A stretch of DNA of 64,000 nt from contig NW_004797365.1 of NCBI RefSeq assembly GCF_000002075.1, positions 1,145,358 through 1,209,357 on the forward strand. Direction: 5' to 3'. Position numbers and translations under genes: made by a program. The notes under the pieces were generated by a model. The model searched no databases. It was not told where the DNA came from and saw nothing but the letters and a program-made list of their open reading frames with translations. The stretch comes from Aplysia californica. Taxonomy: Eukaryota. Of this stretch, positions 14,001 to 26,594 are shown one piece after another. The stretch's first letter is position 1; the number at the start of each line of letters is the position of its first letter.

Positions 14001-17000
14001 TTACACGTATAACTAAAAATACTGGCATTGTATAACAAGTAAAATCTTATAACAGCATAATACTTTACCCTATCTTTCCCTCACATACTCGGAACTTTTT
14101 TCACTGTCTATACTATATGCAGTAGAATATTTTAAACATAATACGGGCAAACAGCTTCACAGGTAGCAGTACCTAGAGATAACTAAAACAATAAAAACAA
14201 TTTCAACATATGATATGCAGTCAGACAGTCTCACTAACTGAGTGGATACTTGGTACTTGGAATAAAAAAAAAAAAACTTGTGAGTACATTTGAAGTTGCA
14301 TAGAAAAATGAAACTGGGGCGGGTATGGACTGAAACAAATTGTCTAGTCTAGAACACCTGAGACAAATGTTACAACGCATCCACTTTGGACTAAAGGGAA
14401 ATGACTGGGTACATATTATGTAAACTTTACATAACTCTTTGTTACATTGAAAAAAAAAACCCAAACAACATAAGGGAACAGAAATTCTGGAAATTACAAG
14501 GTTACCAAAGAAATTGAACAATTTTTTGGGTCTTTCATCAGAATGGAGTAATTTCATTGCTAACTTACTATTCCGAATAAAAAAATGGGAAAGGACTTTA
14601 AAACTGAATGTTCCTAGTTATTTTTAAAGTGAAATGCAGAACTCAAAAACTGCTCTGAGGCGTCTACAAAAGCAGTAAGCTGCAGAAGCTCAAAATTTTA
14701 TCCCTGATTTCAGCTTCAATAAAATGATGTAAAATACAACATGCACCTTAATATGGGACATCAGCCTAAATATTATCTCAGGAGCAATCTCTGTGCCCTA
14801 TGTCTGTGCTTTTCAGTTTTTCAGATTATAAGCTTTCTGCCTCGAGTCTTAGTATACATACTAAACAGAACAAAAGGTGTCCATCTCCTCTACGAGTTAA
14901 AAAACCCCCCCCCACCAAAAAAACATCTTTGCTGTAGTGCTTTGGTGTGATATTTACTTTGGTGCACCATCAAGGCCTTCTTTCCTTCCTTTTAACAACA
15001 CCCATGAGTCCGAGAGCCTCACTTTTCAAATGAATAATTCGCGTCTTGTAAGATGATAAACTAATATAAAATACTCTAAAACAGCATCCTATACATCATG
15101 CACTTACCTTGTATGTTCAACCTCAATTACAATTTTCATCATTTCTTTAGCTCCATAACATTCACAAAAACATGTTAACAATAATCACTTTAAAAGAGTA
15201 TGACCCTGCTGAACCAGAAGGTCATGGATTTCACGTTCAAAACACATTATCAGCAAAACCAACAGCGTTTCTGATCGTCATAAACAGACAAAATTTGTAG
15301 AAAATACACCTAGGAAATGGCACATCAATCATTCTGGGGAAAAAATTAGCCACTTTTCTGACCACTCATTCCCTTTCTTCATAGTTGTCTTAACTTTATG
15401 ACAGAAAACAAAAGTTAAGACCACACTACTTTAGAACTATCTATAGGGAATGCTGTCTCTTGATTTTTTTTGAGTACCTGTACAGTGACCTTGGCAAAGG
15501 ATTTAAAACAATAAAAAAACTGAACAGATTCTTCCAGTTAAACGGTTAGAGCATCATACCATCATTATTTGCTCTTGTTCCAATTTATTGCAGTCTGCTA
15601 GCTAAAAATACTTTGCAAGTACAAGAGGTGTTTTTCAAGCAAAAAAAAAAAAAGGGGGGGCCTAGCAAGCAGATAAATTGTGCAAACTATTATTTATGCC
15701 CAGCACAATTTTATTCCTGAATCACTGCTCATAGTTCTAATAGTCTGCACCTTCAGTAACAGACTTTGAGCTTGACATGCAGCCACTTTCTGAACTGGAT
15801 TTGATGTTATTAAAAGCATACTCAAAAGGAGCTACACGACTGCAGTTTTCAGATGGGTTATTTATTTTTGAGACAGATGAAGTCATCAGGGATTTATTGG
15901 GCCATAATGTCTGACACATTGTCATTTGACTATAATTGAAATCTTTCTATTTTCTTAATCTGTATAGTCAAAACAAAAATAAACATGATGTAAAAATCTG
16001 CCGCAAATTGATTATAAATAAAATCTTTAAAAAATGAAAGTACATGAAATTTAATAATTGGTGAAAAACTTTATTTCGAGAAAATATAGAAAGAATGGAC
16101 AATGCCACCATTGCACATTGCCATCTTTGAAAACTTTAAAAAGATAAACTGGATTTGGAATTAATTTACATGAAGAAGTAACAAAAGGAAAAACTACAAA
16201 ATGGTTCAAGATTGGACATAGTCATCAATTCCAGGCAAGGTGCTGTGACATGTCAGACATTATGTAAATATATATATATGTCCCATGTGATATATTCCTT
16301 TACATCTGTACTGATTCCAATTTTCTTGCTTCCAATCATGAACATTCAACTAGTTACAAAACCTCTTCAGTTCATTCACACTTTTCTGTCTAAAAGGAAT
16401 CAGTTCTATCAAATTTTGGCAAACATATAAATTAACACATTTCTACAAGCAGGGTGACAAGGTTCTTGGGAAAAGGCTGGGGAAATGGAGAAACGAAATA
16501 TTCTTCACCCACCCATTCAAGCAGCAACAGAGCAGTGTGTTGAACAGGGCACAAGCTCAATCCCATTTGCTTCCAGGGGTGTCAGTCATGACTAGGCTTG
16601 TATAAAACCGGCATGTTTTTCCATTGATTTTTCATACACACAATGTGAAAAATATTTTGAAAGCCCTTAAATCTAGTATTTCCACGTAAAATTATGAAGA
16701 GGGTCATAAATTCTAACGATTTATGATTTGGGTAAATGTATGAGATACAAAAGAATGTAACTGTATACCTAAAAAAAAGGTACAAAGAGGCTAGAAATAC
16801 ATAAAAGTCATGCCTACTAAAAAGCAAGAGCTGACTCTCTCATCTCGTGATTTTTATCGCAATTACAATGAAAAACAAAATGTACAAGTGGTATTTACAG
16901 ATAGACTAGGTCTAAATCCATCATACTCATGCCATGATTCCACAAAGATTAAAAAAAAACAAAACACAGACCATTTCACTCTGACAGTAATGTGGATACA

Positions 17001-20000
17001 AATAAGTCAACAAAATCTTCAGCTTCTTTTTCTGTTTGTTGTTGCTGTCATGCCGCAGAGAAAATCTCAATTCTTCTCAGCCACTCGCATAAAAAGACAA
17101 GAGAAAAATCCGGGAGTCGAGTCGACGACGAGAATGCAGTGGAGCCATAGCAACAAGGTGATAGACAGCAAGCTTCAAAAGTATCTCCATGCCAGCTGTG
17201 TGTCTTCCCATTCTCTCACATGTAAGGAGGAAAAACTGCCACTACCTCTTTCCTCCTCCCTCATCCAAACAGACAGACAGGCTACCACTTCCACGGTGGG
17301 AAACAAAGGCAAGCAACATAGCGTGTGTGTGTGTGTCTCTCTCTCTCTCTCTTTCTCTATCCCACTTCTCCTTCAACGATCTCTTCTTCCAGCCACTTTT
17401 TACCATTTAAGGCCTGGGAAAATAAATGTGTGCCACAATTAGATCGTGTGCCAGTGCTACACTAAAGTGGTGCTTTCATGGAGAAAAATGACTGTCACTA
17501 TCCTAGCACTTTTCATTATAGCCATTTATATCCTGTTAGTATCTTTGAAAGTAAAAAGATTCTACGATACTACAAAACACACAACGCAGTATTAATTTGA
17601 TTAAGGTAGTATCAAAAATAAAAAATAAACCGTAACTGAGAACTGCAACCAAAATTTGAACTTTCACCTGTGTTTGAACCACCAACCAAAATAAACAAAA
17701 ACATTTTCATTGAATTAGTGCTATATATTATGGTATCTGTATACCAGAAGTGTTAAACAAACGCTTCTTTTCTTCCATAAAAGTAAGAAAAATGCTCATG
17801 ATTAAGGCTGTATTTCAGTGGCGCCTGAACCAGCTTGTTGCGACAACTGTTTTTTGACAATAAATTAAGTTTTTTCCAAATGAACCAACAGTCAGGAAGG
17901 CCAGCAGAAACTGGGAATCCTACTCTAAAATAATTTTTCCCCCACCAATAAAACTTTGCAGTATAATCATCAAATAAAAAATAAATAATCTAGAAAATGC
18001 TAAATATTTGGGAAAAGCACAGGGGAACAATTGTAAAAAATATGTGAATGTTTCGTAAGTGTGAATGAGAAATTTTAATTCTCTCTTTTTAGTCATTGTG
18101 CAAAGATCAAAACATTGCCTTCAGACTACAGGTTAGGAGTGGGTTTGCTGGCTTTAACAAGCATTATCAAGAATTAATTTATCAAAGCTTTGAACATAAA
18201 TCATTGATGGTTCAGAAGTCCTAAAAGGCAGGTATGCTTCAACATACTAATAGTAAAATAAAGCACCTGAAGCAAAAACATTAATGCTTTGGAGCCTTTG
18301 TTTGTTTCTGCAAGCATGTCCCCATAACTTTTATTTAGATAGCTTTCTGGTGCCTCTATTCAATGAGATGACTGTAAAAGCCCATTTTTTTTCTCTTCCG
18401 ATATTCTAGACATTTGTAAATAAAAGCTGTAACTATTTTTGCAGGATAATGTATTATCCGAGAAAAACCCCCCCAAAACAACTATTAAACCATTTTGTGA
18501 GAAAAGAGGGGAACACTGCAGGTGAAAACAATGTATAGCAGACAAAGATGAGCTGATTAAAGGGAAAAAACATGGCACACTCACTATGCATGGCTCACAT
18601 TTATTACTCCTGACCAAAGATTTGTATGAAACAACAAAGATAAACTTTCAAGTAAAAATAATATACACAGATATCAGGAGAATCAAAGCAGCATATCCGC
18701 CACATTTATCTTCTAACAAGGACCCATCAAGCACAAACCCTATTAATAAGCCTGGAAATATCTAAGAATAAGAATACACTAAATTTTCATGCAAAATCAA
18801 GAATAACTAATCACATTCACAGCTTTTTTAAACACCAAAAACATACTACATTATATTTCTATTTTTTAAAAACCCACACACACATTAAACAGCAATTATA
18901 ATGCAAAATGTTTACCATCAGGGCAGAAAAAATAAAAGAAAGAGAAGAGTTTCATGACTGTGTACAAGACAAGGGTAGGACTGTATGAAAAGTATGCAAA
19001 CAATACGAGCTTTCTTATTCTAACAGGCAAAAAAAGGATAACTCAATAGTACCGGACTATAGGACTGAGAAAGAAAATACAAGCAAAAAGGGTAAACAGG
19101 TTGACATTCAGAATCTGGTAAGATAATGATACAACCGCCCGCCCCCCTCCCCCCTTCCCTCCTGCACCCCATATGTAGCATTGTTTGGTTCAGTTGTCAT
19201 AATAAAGGTGACTTACAGTTGGATAGAAGCAAGAAAGACAGGCAGAAATAACACAAGGAAAGAATAGACGTTACATCTACCAGTGGCACCCTCAAACCAC
19301 CAACTGTATAGTATTGTAATCATTTCCTTACTAAGCAGCAAAGAAGCCAGACAAATCCCCCTCATGAAGCCCGACATATACACAGACAGGCAAGACAAAT
19401 GCACAGACAGACAGAAATGATAGAAAGACAAAGACATTCAGACATCAGACCAATACAGGGCTAGAAAAATGGACAGATACACACATATACTTGAAATACG
19501 CAATCACGTCAAAACCTAGAAGGAAGTGGTGTCATGCCAGGAGGCTGGATATAAATGGTGGTGCTGAACTACCAGGAATACTTTTGTGACATAAAAATGT
19601 AACGCAGCTTCACTGACTTGCATTGTATCAAGATGCGATTCATTATATAAGAGCTCATTTACTGCTGAGGCTTCAGAGAGTTTGGAACCCAATTTTCCGA
19701 GCATAGTCTGTAAAGATTTCACTGATATTTGGCATCTGTATAGACATGAACCCCACTCACCTTCAATAACAAATTTACTGAAATTCAAACACTCCTAATA
19801 ATGATTTTACATTTTTTCAAATCCATCCTACAATTCAAGATCTTTTAAAAATACAACAAATCTTTCTCAGTGAAATCCATACACTGTGTTGTAAGTTCAC
19901 AGATTTCATTGACTTATTCCCACACACTATGCACAAACTAGAATAGTAGATTAATTAAAAATTAAGAGACATGCTGGCTGTCACAAAGTAAAAGAGGAGT

Positions 20001-20733
20001 CCACACGTGTAAAGCCTTGCAACATTTTACAGATTCAGCACTATTTTCTCTGTCAACAAAGTTTCTCATATCGGATGTGTCAAACTGCCACTGACACGAT
20101 GTTCCAACTAAACACAATACCAGTCACAAGCAGGGGGAAGGAAGGAAACGAAAGCAAACTATTGTGCTGGAATAAAGCTAAAAGCAGTGCTAGCAGGGAA
20201 GAGGAAAAAATCACAGTCACAAACTATAAAATCATTACTATCACTTCACAAAATGTATATGCAAGTTCCTCAATGACTAGATCTGCAACTGCTTAATGTT
20301 GGTGCCACAAGCAATCCCTGTGACCGAAAATGTTCAAATGTTGTAGGAGACACATAATACATTTTAGCTTTAGCTTTAGAATAGTGACAGAAAAGCACTA
20401 TAAACATGTTGATAGTGCTGTGGTGGACAGATGGGCTGAAAAGGATAAAGAATAAAGACGAAAGACTCAATCAGTTGAAACCATGCGACCAGTACAGTAG
20501 CAGTCGCAGGCTTGTTCTGCCATAAGAACAGTACAGAGGTGATGTATATACATTTACTTCGCAGAAAATTCGCAGTGCACCTCACAGAAAATACCCCAAA
20601 TTATGGGACATAAACTTCAATCTTTTGGCGGGAAACTTGCTTTAGCGAAGAAGACTTCACACAAAGCATCGAAGAGTTCATGGACAGTTGAAGTGTGTTT
20701 TTTCTTTTCAGGAAAATTTGTTTTTCACATGAA

Positions 20734-20793
20734 ACAATCACGACCCAAACCCAACAATCACGACCCAAACCCAACAATCACGACCCAAACCCA
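20734..20793. repeat. Minisatellite, 19-bp unit ACAATCACGACCCAAACCC(A), about 3 copies
   Basis: Direct reading. Confidence 0.8.
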
Positions 20794-21251
20794 GTGGCTC
20801 CAGGACAAAAACGTTAGTGTACTTCAAAAAGGAATTCTGGCATATGATTAGGGTAGACAATTTTTATGTTTCTATACGTCAATACGATTACCTTGTTCTA
20901 GCATTCATCCTAAAGTGTCATTTGTGTAACACGTGTCACTGTTTGTGGCAAAAAGATCGGTTCAGGTCCAAATTTGAAATGAACCAGAAGCAAGGTGCAG
21001 TGCCCTTTAAAAAAAAAAAATGCGGATTGCAAGTAGGACCAACAATAAGCACCACTACTCATGTCCTGAACATGTCCAGAAAGCATTCATAACAACTAAA
21101 TTCCATATTTACTTCAAAAGCAGAACATACTTTCCAAAATTACAAAGGAAAGGATCGGGAGACTCATACTACTACTTGCACTTTTACAGCTGTCTTTGGC
21201 AGTTGCCATAAAAGTGCCACTACATAGGACTTGAACACATACTGGGCTTAC

Positions 21252-21341
21252 CTGTCTTCTTAAATGGAGCATTGCAGAAAGGATCAGAGGAGTCAGACCC
21301 AGACATGACCAGATCTTCACGGCTTTTCACGTTAGAAATAC
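21252..21341 (-). CDS. AAK1: AAK1-like exon 17 (SISNVKSREDLVMSGSDSSDPFCNAPFKKT)
   Basis: DPF..APF motif; CAG/GTAAGC; phase 1 to 1. Confidence 0.87.
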
Positions 21342-21449
21342 CTGTAGGAAGAATCATAAAGACAAGACTAGACTAATTTTTTTCCCTTCAAAGCATAGCA
21401 CCCTACTAAACACTACAAAGGTCATTTCAGGGAGGCAGCACTTTATCCC

Positions 21450-21592
21450 TGTTTGGAGTTTTGAGTAAAGAGAAGCACATCGACACAGTAATAGTTATAT
21501 AGTGCAGAGGAGAAGCAAGAGATATAGACAAAAATAACAGAGGAAAGAAAAGAAGTAGGATCTACTAGTGGTGCCCTCCAACCACCAGCACT
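21450..21592 (-). mobile_element. Short retroposon family B ((CTCAAA)n-like tail); other copies at 1079-1205, 11930-11999, 19250-19306, 33850-33978 (all -)
   Basis: Shared GGTGGTTGGAGGGCACCACTAGTAG..CCTACTTCTT head and GTGCTTCTCTTTA end. Confidence 0.65.
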
Positions 21593-21593
21593 T

Positions 21594-21775
21594 AGTGGGT
21601 GGTTGGCGGGTGCTCTGGTGTGGTTTTCTCTTTCTTTCCTATCAAACATCTATCGTCTTTATCTCCCCTCTTCCTTTTTTGTGTTTTTTACTCACTTGTA
21701 ACACCTCTAATCTTTGGCACTTATATGACTTTATTGTGTTGCAAGTGCCGTAAAACACTTACTAAAACTAAAACT
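21594..21775 (+). mobile_element. Short retroposon family A (about 180 bp; AGTGGGTGGTTGG head, 3' stem-loop, (CTAAAA)n tail); other copies at 3952-4141(+), 33556-33848(-), 34669-34863(-), 39839-39885(-), 47171-47323(-), 61391-61573(+)
   Basis: Direct sequence similarity among at least seven copies. Confidence 0.8.
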
Positions 21776-22846
21776 GACCAGCACTTAAACCCACTTAGGA
21801 CACCAGGCTCAAAAGAAATATTCCATAGGCCCTCACTAACCGTGAACATGAACATTGCTGGTCAAGTTCGTAACCTAGTATGCTACAGGTTGGTAAAGAC
21901 CAGTGCTTCTCACTAATATTTCTACACTAATCTCAAATTAAAATATTAAAATATCAATGAAACATATCTCCCCCCCCCCCCTCTCAACACTACCCATAAT
22001 CACCAGAAACTTATGACACTGTCTAAGGGCTCAAGGACAAGCTACAGCTAATAATCAGATTCACATGGGTTGAGAAGAATATTAGTTCAGAAAACCCCCT
22101 CCAAACATTGACACAATCATGGTGAATTAAACAGACAAAATCGAGAAAGGGATCGTGCAGGAGCTACCAGATATAGGAATGGCATTGTTACAGCATCTTC
22201 ATTGAGAATCCAAGCTTAAGGCATTTTACAATAAAAACGAATAGTTTGTATGATAAAAACTGGCAGAAGCATCTTTCTTTTTCTCTCTCTCTCATAAACA
22301 TGCGTGTGTGCACACACACAAACACATGCACGCACGCACACACACACATTCTCTCTCTCTCTCTCTAGCGAGTCTGGCATAACGAACAAAGGTGAGGAAT
22401 AGTCAGCTGGGGGTGCAACACAGAGACGTCTATTTCCTTGTTTATTTTAATTGACTTATGTGTAGTGCAATTTGTGAAAACTGGAAAAAGTGTGTAGCAG
22501 ATCTTGAGAAAAAAAATGCAGATTTGAAGCGCAAAAATAAGAGGTCATGAAACGCTTTGTGAAAAAAACTTTCAGGGGGGGGTTCTATCAGAGATGATTA
22601 AATCCTGAGGATTGGTTTAAAAGTATGGATATTTGCTTACAATGTGTTTTACGATAAGCTCTCCATATATGTAATATGTTAAGTCAACCAGCAGATCTTT
22701 AAAGAAAAATCACTATGCTACTTACCTGAAGACTATAAATTTCCAGAGCCCACATGCAATGAGGACAAAAATGGATAAAGCCGTAGCAACTGAGAACATT
22801 AAAATATATGACATGATAGACAACAACAATACAGCTGTATACATAC

Positions 22847-22986
22847 TTGTGTTAGAGCCTCGTCTGATTTTATCAAACTCTTCTCCAAACATCATATCAT
22901 CTGTTTCAGCGCCAAAATTGTCATCTCCAAATGGATTCCACTCTGCCAGATCAGCTGAGACAGGCCTTGCAAATCTTTGAGAGCCC
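22847..22986 (-). CDS. AAK1: AAK1-like exon 16 (GSQRFARPVSADLAEWNPFGDDNFGAETDDMMFGEEFDKIRRGSNT)
   Basis: WNPF.DDNF...EF.K motif of AAK1/BMP2K; CAG/GTATGT. Confidence 0.93.
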
Positions 22987-23186
22987 CTGTATGTGCACGA
23001 AATGGGAATGGAACCATTACAAACTGAAGCTGCAGTCAAGTTACAGAAGACCGTCATGTCCACTTTCTCCATAAACATATCACAACAGTTGTGAAAAGGC
23101 AAAAAACTAGAAGGAGCATACCACATCACAGAGCCCACCGAATATCTGATTGCAAAAAGAAAAAAACCCCCAGACTTTTCTATTAA

Positions 23187-25952
23187 CCCTTCGAGTGGTA
23201 GATTATTTCTGAACTCCATGGTTTCTCAGCAGCAGATTATTTTTGCCTACACTAAACTGACAGAAGGTAATGCAAGAAAAATGGTCATAAAAACACACCC
23301 TACTGAAACTAGAAACATGTACCAAACATCAAAACAACCACAAATGATTGAAGAATAAGAATATATATATGTGTTGGACATAAATTTTCTACTCACATTT
23401 ACTTCTGTGTTTGTTCATTTCATTTGTGAGCTTTTGTTAGAGTGTTCAGTTCAAAGTTTGTAAACACAGTTTGTGTGGTAAGCCGTGATACATTCAGGAA
23501 AATGATGCGTAAATGGTTTACAACTGAAACATTTGCTTCACCCTCTGTATCACCCTCATACAGACTGTCAAGAAGATTGCGTACGTTTTGATTTGACCGG
23601 TTCTCGAAACAAAGTTAGCTATACCAAAGAGTCTACATAACAAGAGGGGCCACTCCTCTCTTAAAGCCAATTAAAAAAATGTCCTCAAAATTCGGTGGCG
23701 CCCTTTTCGCAAATGCCCATCCTTTGCGAACAGAGTTACCCTACTTGTGTTAAAAAAATCAGAGTGAAACTAGCAAGTTTTATAATAAATTTCGAAAGAA
23801 CGCTTCTTTAAAATGGTTACGCTGACAAAAAACCTTTTCCGGAGGAAGGGGTGATTGTTTTCTTCGTTTAATTTGACTTTAGAATGAAAGGCGAGAGGTC
23901 ATTAAAATTTTTAAAACATTAAAACTCCGCACTGAACGAACCTGAACTGCTGATGAACAGCAGTCGATCTGTGCACGCAAGGAGGTGCTATTCCTATTCT
24001 TCTTCTGGAAAAACGAAAGAGAGTTTCAAAACAGACTGCAGCGCCATCTGAAGCAAAGAGCAGACTTCCGGTGGACACTTTTTTGGCTGAGTGGACCATA
24101 TTGTTACGTACTATCTTTGGTTATACCAAGAGCTATCCTTTGGATGGTGCGCAGCTAATGTAAACAGAGTCAGTATTACTGAGTCAATAGCAGAGATGCC
24201 AACCACAGAAAACCGAAATGAGTATTGGGAAATAAGAAAATGTGTATTTTCAGGGGAAAATGTGTATTTTCCACGACCGACCAACTAGTAATAGCAAAAA
24301 TTACTAGCTCACCAGCTCGAAAAAGGGAGCACACACGCGTACAATATACATGTATCCAGTCAACAACATGTCAGTGTTCAATGTCGTACAGGGGTCTTGT
24401 TTGACTTAAGTATTTCAATCTATTATATATTTTCCTCTCATTATTATATAAAAAATAAATCCTGCTTTGAGAGTGAAGGGCCTAGAACAAGAATTTCGAC
24501 TATCAAGAACCAGTCTGGGTGTCATGATTCATATTATGAACTGACAGACTCAAATTATTGCTCAAACTCAGAGAAGAGAAATAACTTGAAAGGCTCAAGT
24601 AGACCCGTGCACTGTGAGAGTTGTAACAACCGTGGGAGGGCAAGATGCAGTGACACTGAAAATCTTCCAGTCCTGAACAGAAAGCTACAACATACAAACA
24701 TACACCGTAGGTATAATTTACTATCACCCATCCAAGTAGATGTAGGTATAATTTACTATCACCCATCCAAGTAGGTATAATTACTTTCACCCATCCAATG
24801 AAACGCGAACACTTTATTTCAATAACACAGACTTACTTTATTTCAATAACACAGACTTGCAAAGTATGAGGGGTCCCGATTCCGCACACAGCCTGCACCA
24901 ACGCGCGCTTAGCAGAAAGCTCTAATAAAAATTCTGAAATGCGCTTCCAAGTTTTTGTCCTCTGGTGTTGCCTTAACCCCCCCCGATAGTATCTTAAACC
25001 CCAAAAAATAAATAATCTCCTCCCCTATTCCGTAGTCATATTCTTTGCAACGCCGTTCCTCCCACCAAAGATGGTCTTTACTCACACGATGCCGTATTTA
25101 TTTATGACGCGAATGCGCGCAGGTTCAGTGACCGGTCACGATGGCGAGCCAGACAATCTAAAAATCGGACGACGCTCGTATTTTCTTTTCTTTTCTTTTT
25201 TTTCACAAGCGACAGCCAAAGCGACGAGTCCGAGTGTTTATTACATTTTATTTGCACGGCGACATTGCGTTTATACTGCACAACCTGCATGCCAAAAATG
25301 TTGCGTTATCAGACAACTGCTGGCAAACTTCTTGGTGGTAGCGAAAGCGAAAGTAGATCTTGATTTTCCTGATCGAGCCTCGGTGTCACATACGCTTCCG
25401 CCTGCCGCCATAGCTGCCTTTTCGCGTGAAAGTGAAACGTACTCTCCGGACGCGGAAAAGCTGAACGAATATATAATATCACGATCGCGACCGGCAAAAA
25501 TGAACTTACTGGCCTTATCGGACTTGGTTTTCATATACAGTATTCCAGTTCTGCGATACTGATACTAAGCCTTTTGAAAGATGGGACTTGAGATAATTAG
25601 GTTTACTCGCCCAAGCTGAATCTCGTATTTTTCGCATTCCAGGAAGCGTATTTTTCATGAAAAGTCGTATTCGCGTATTTTCGGCAAAAAATCGTACTAA
25701 AATACGTAAAATCGTACTGGTTGGCATCTCTGCAATAGTTTTATTCATAAAAATGCCTACAATTCAGCTTCCCACTTGGGACAAAAAAATAAAAAGGGAA
25801 AACCACTCTTCTTTTGTTTTTTAGAAGTCCACAGTGTATGGATCCACAGAAACTTTGTGGTGAATCAGAAAATTTATCACCCTGTTATCGCGAGCACCGC
25901 TAGGGGACCAACAAGGTCTTTGCAACTATAGCTGCAAGCACCGCTCAGAGGG
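23187..25952. mobile_element. piggyBac-like non-autonomous element hosting the 24191-25732 insertion
   Basis: TTAA-CCCTTCGAGTGGT ... ACCGCTCAGAGGG-TTAA termini. Confidence 0.6.
24191..25732. mobile_element. Non-autonomous DNA transposon, TIR CAGAGATGCCAACC, 6-bp TSD CAATAG
   Basis: Perfect 14-bp TIR; CAATAG at 24185-24190 and 25733-25738; no transposase ORF. Confidence 0.85.
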
Positions 25953-26507
25953 TTAAAAGGTTTTAATTGTAGATAACCCCAGCCTATAAGATAGCATTGG
26001 ATTTTAATTTTAAAATTTCAGGAGTAATGAAGTATTAGTAAATGCTTTGATACCAGGTTTAATAAACATGTTTGAGAAAACCATAAGCTGGATATTTTTA
26101 CACTGCATTGAGGATCTAATGAGTTAAAAATAATGATTATGGAATCTCAGGTGTGATAGCTTTGCATTTGATGTTACTGATATACAAAGTCCAGGGCTCC
26201 CCCTCATTAAGATGAAAAACATTTCCAGGCTTTTCCCCAGTTTTTCTCCTGAATTTTGTAACCATTGTCAAAGAGATATTACTTTTTAAAAGATGGGCCG
26301 CACATGACATTGTGACGCAGACTACACCCCTGATTCTGATTTCCTGTCTTTCTCCTGGTCATTTTCGTTTTCATTCATTTTCATGGCGTTTTCCCGACCA
26401 GGAAATCTGAAAATAAAATTCCCGAATTTCTCCCATTTTCCTAGTTGGGTGGGAACTCTGAAAGTACTTCAGAATCTTCTAAGGGAGCCAAACAAAAGTT
26501 CACTTAC

Positions 26508-26594
26508 AAAGGTGGTGGAGAGCTTATTGGAGTTGTGGTTGCTGACTTTGATTTCACATCAGCTGGAGCTGTCAGCTGTGCCCCGTGGTAAGCC
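26508..26594 (-). CDS. AAK1: AAK1-like exon 15 (AYHGAQLTAPADVKSKSATTTPISSPPP)
   Basis: KSKSATTTP.xSP matches AAK1 KSKSATTTPSGSP; CAG/GTAAGT; 87 nt. Confidence 0.9.

Noticed and set aside
15737-15925. Protein-like 62-aa minus-strand ORF as an extra exon
   Set aside because: Nearby AG acceptors are weak, and none gives the phase-1 entry required after exon 17.
16810-17442. 210-aa plus-strand ORF in the last AAK1-like intron
   Set aside because: No recognisable domain, runs through a GT/CT microsatellite, and no supporting splice structure.
21450-21775. Penelope or retrozyme hammerhead in the head-to-head short repeats
   Set aside because: I could not find a CTGANGA...GAAA hammerhead core by eye on either strand.
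25071-25562. 163-aa ORF inside the 6-bp-TSD element as a transposase
   Set aside because: No DDE, BED or other transposase motif visible.
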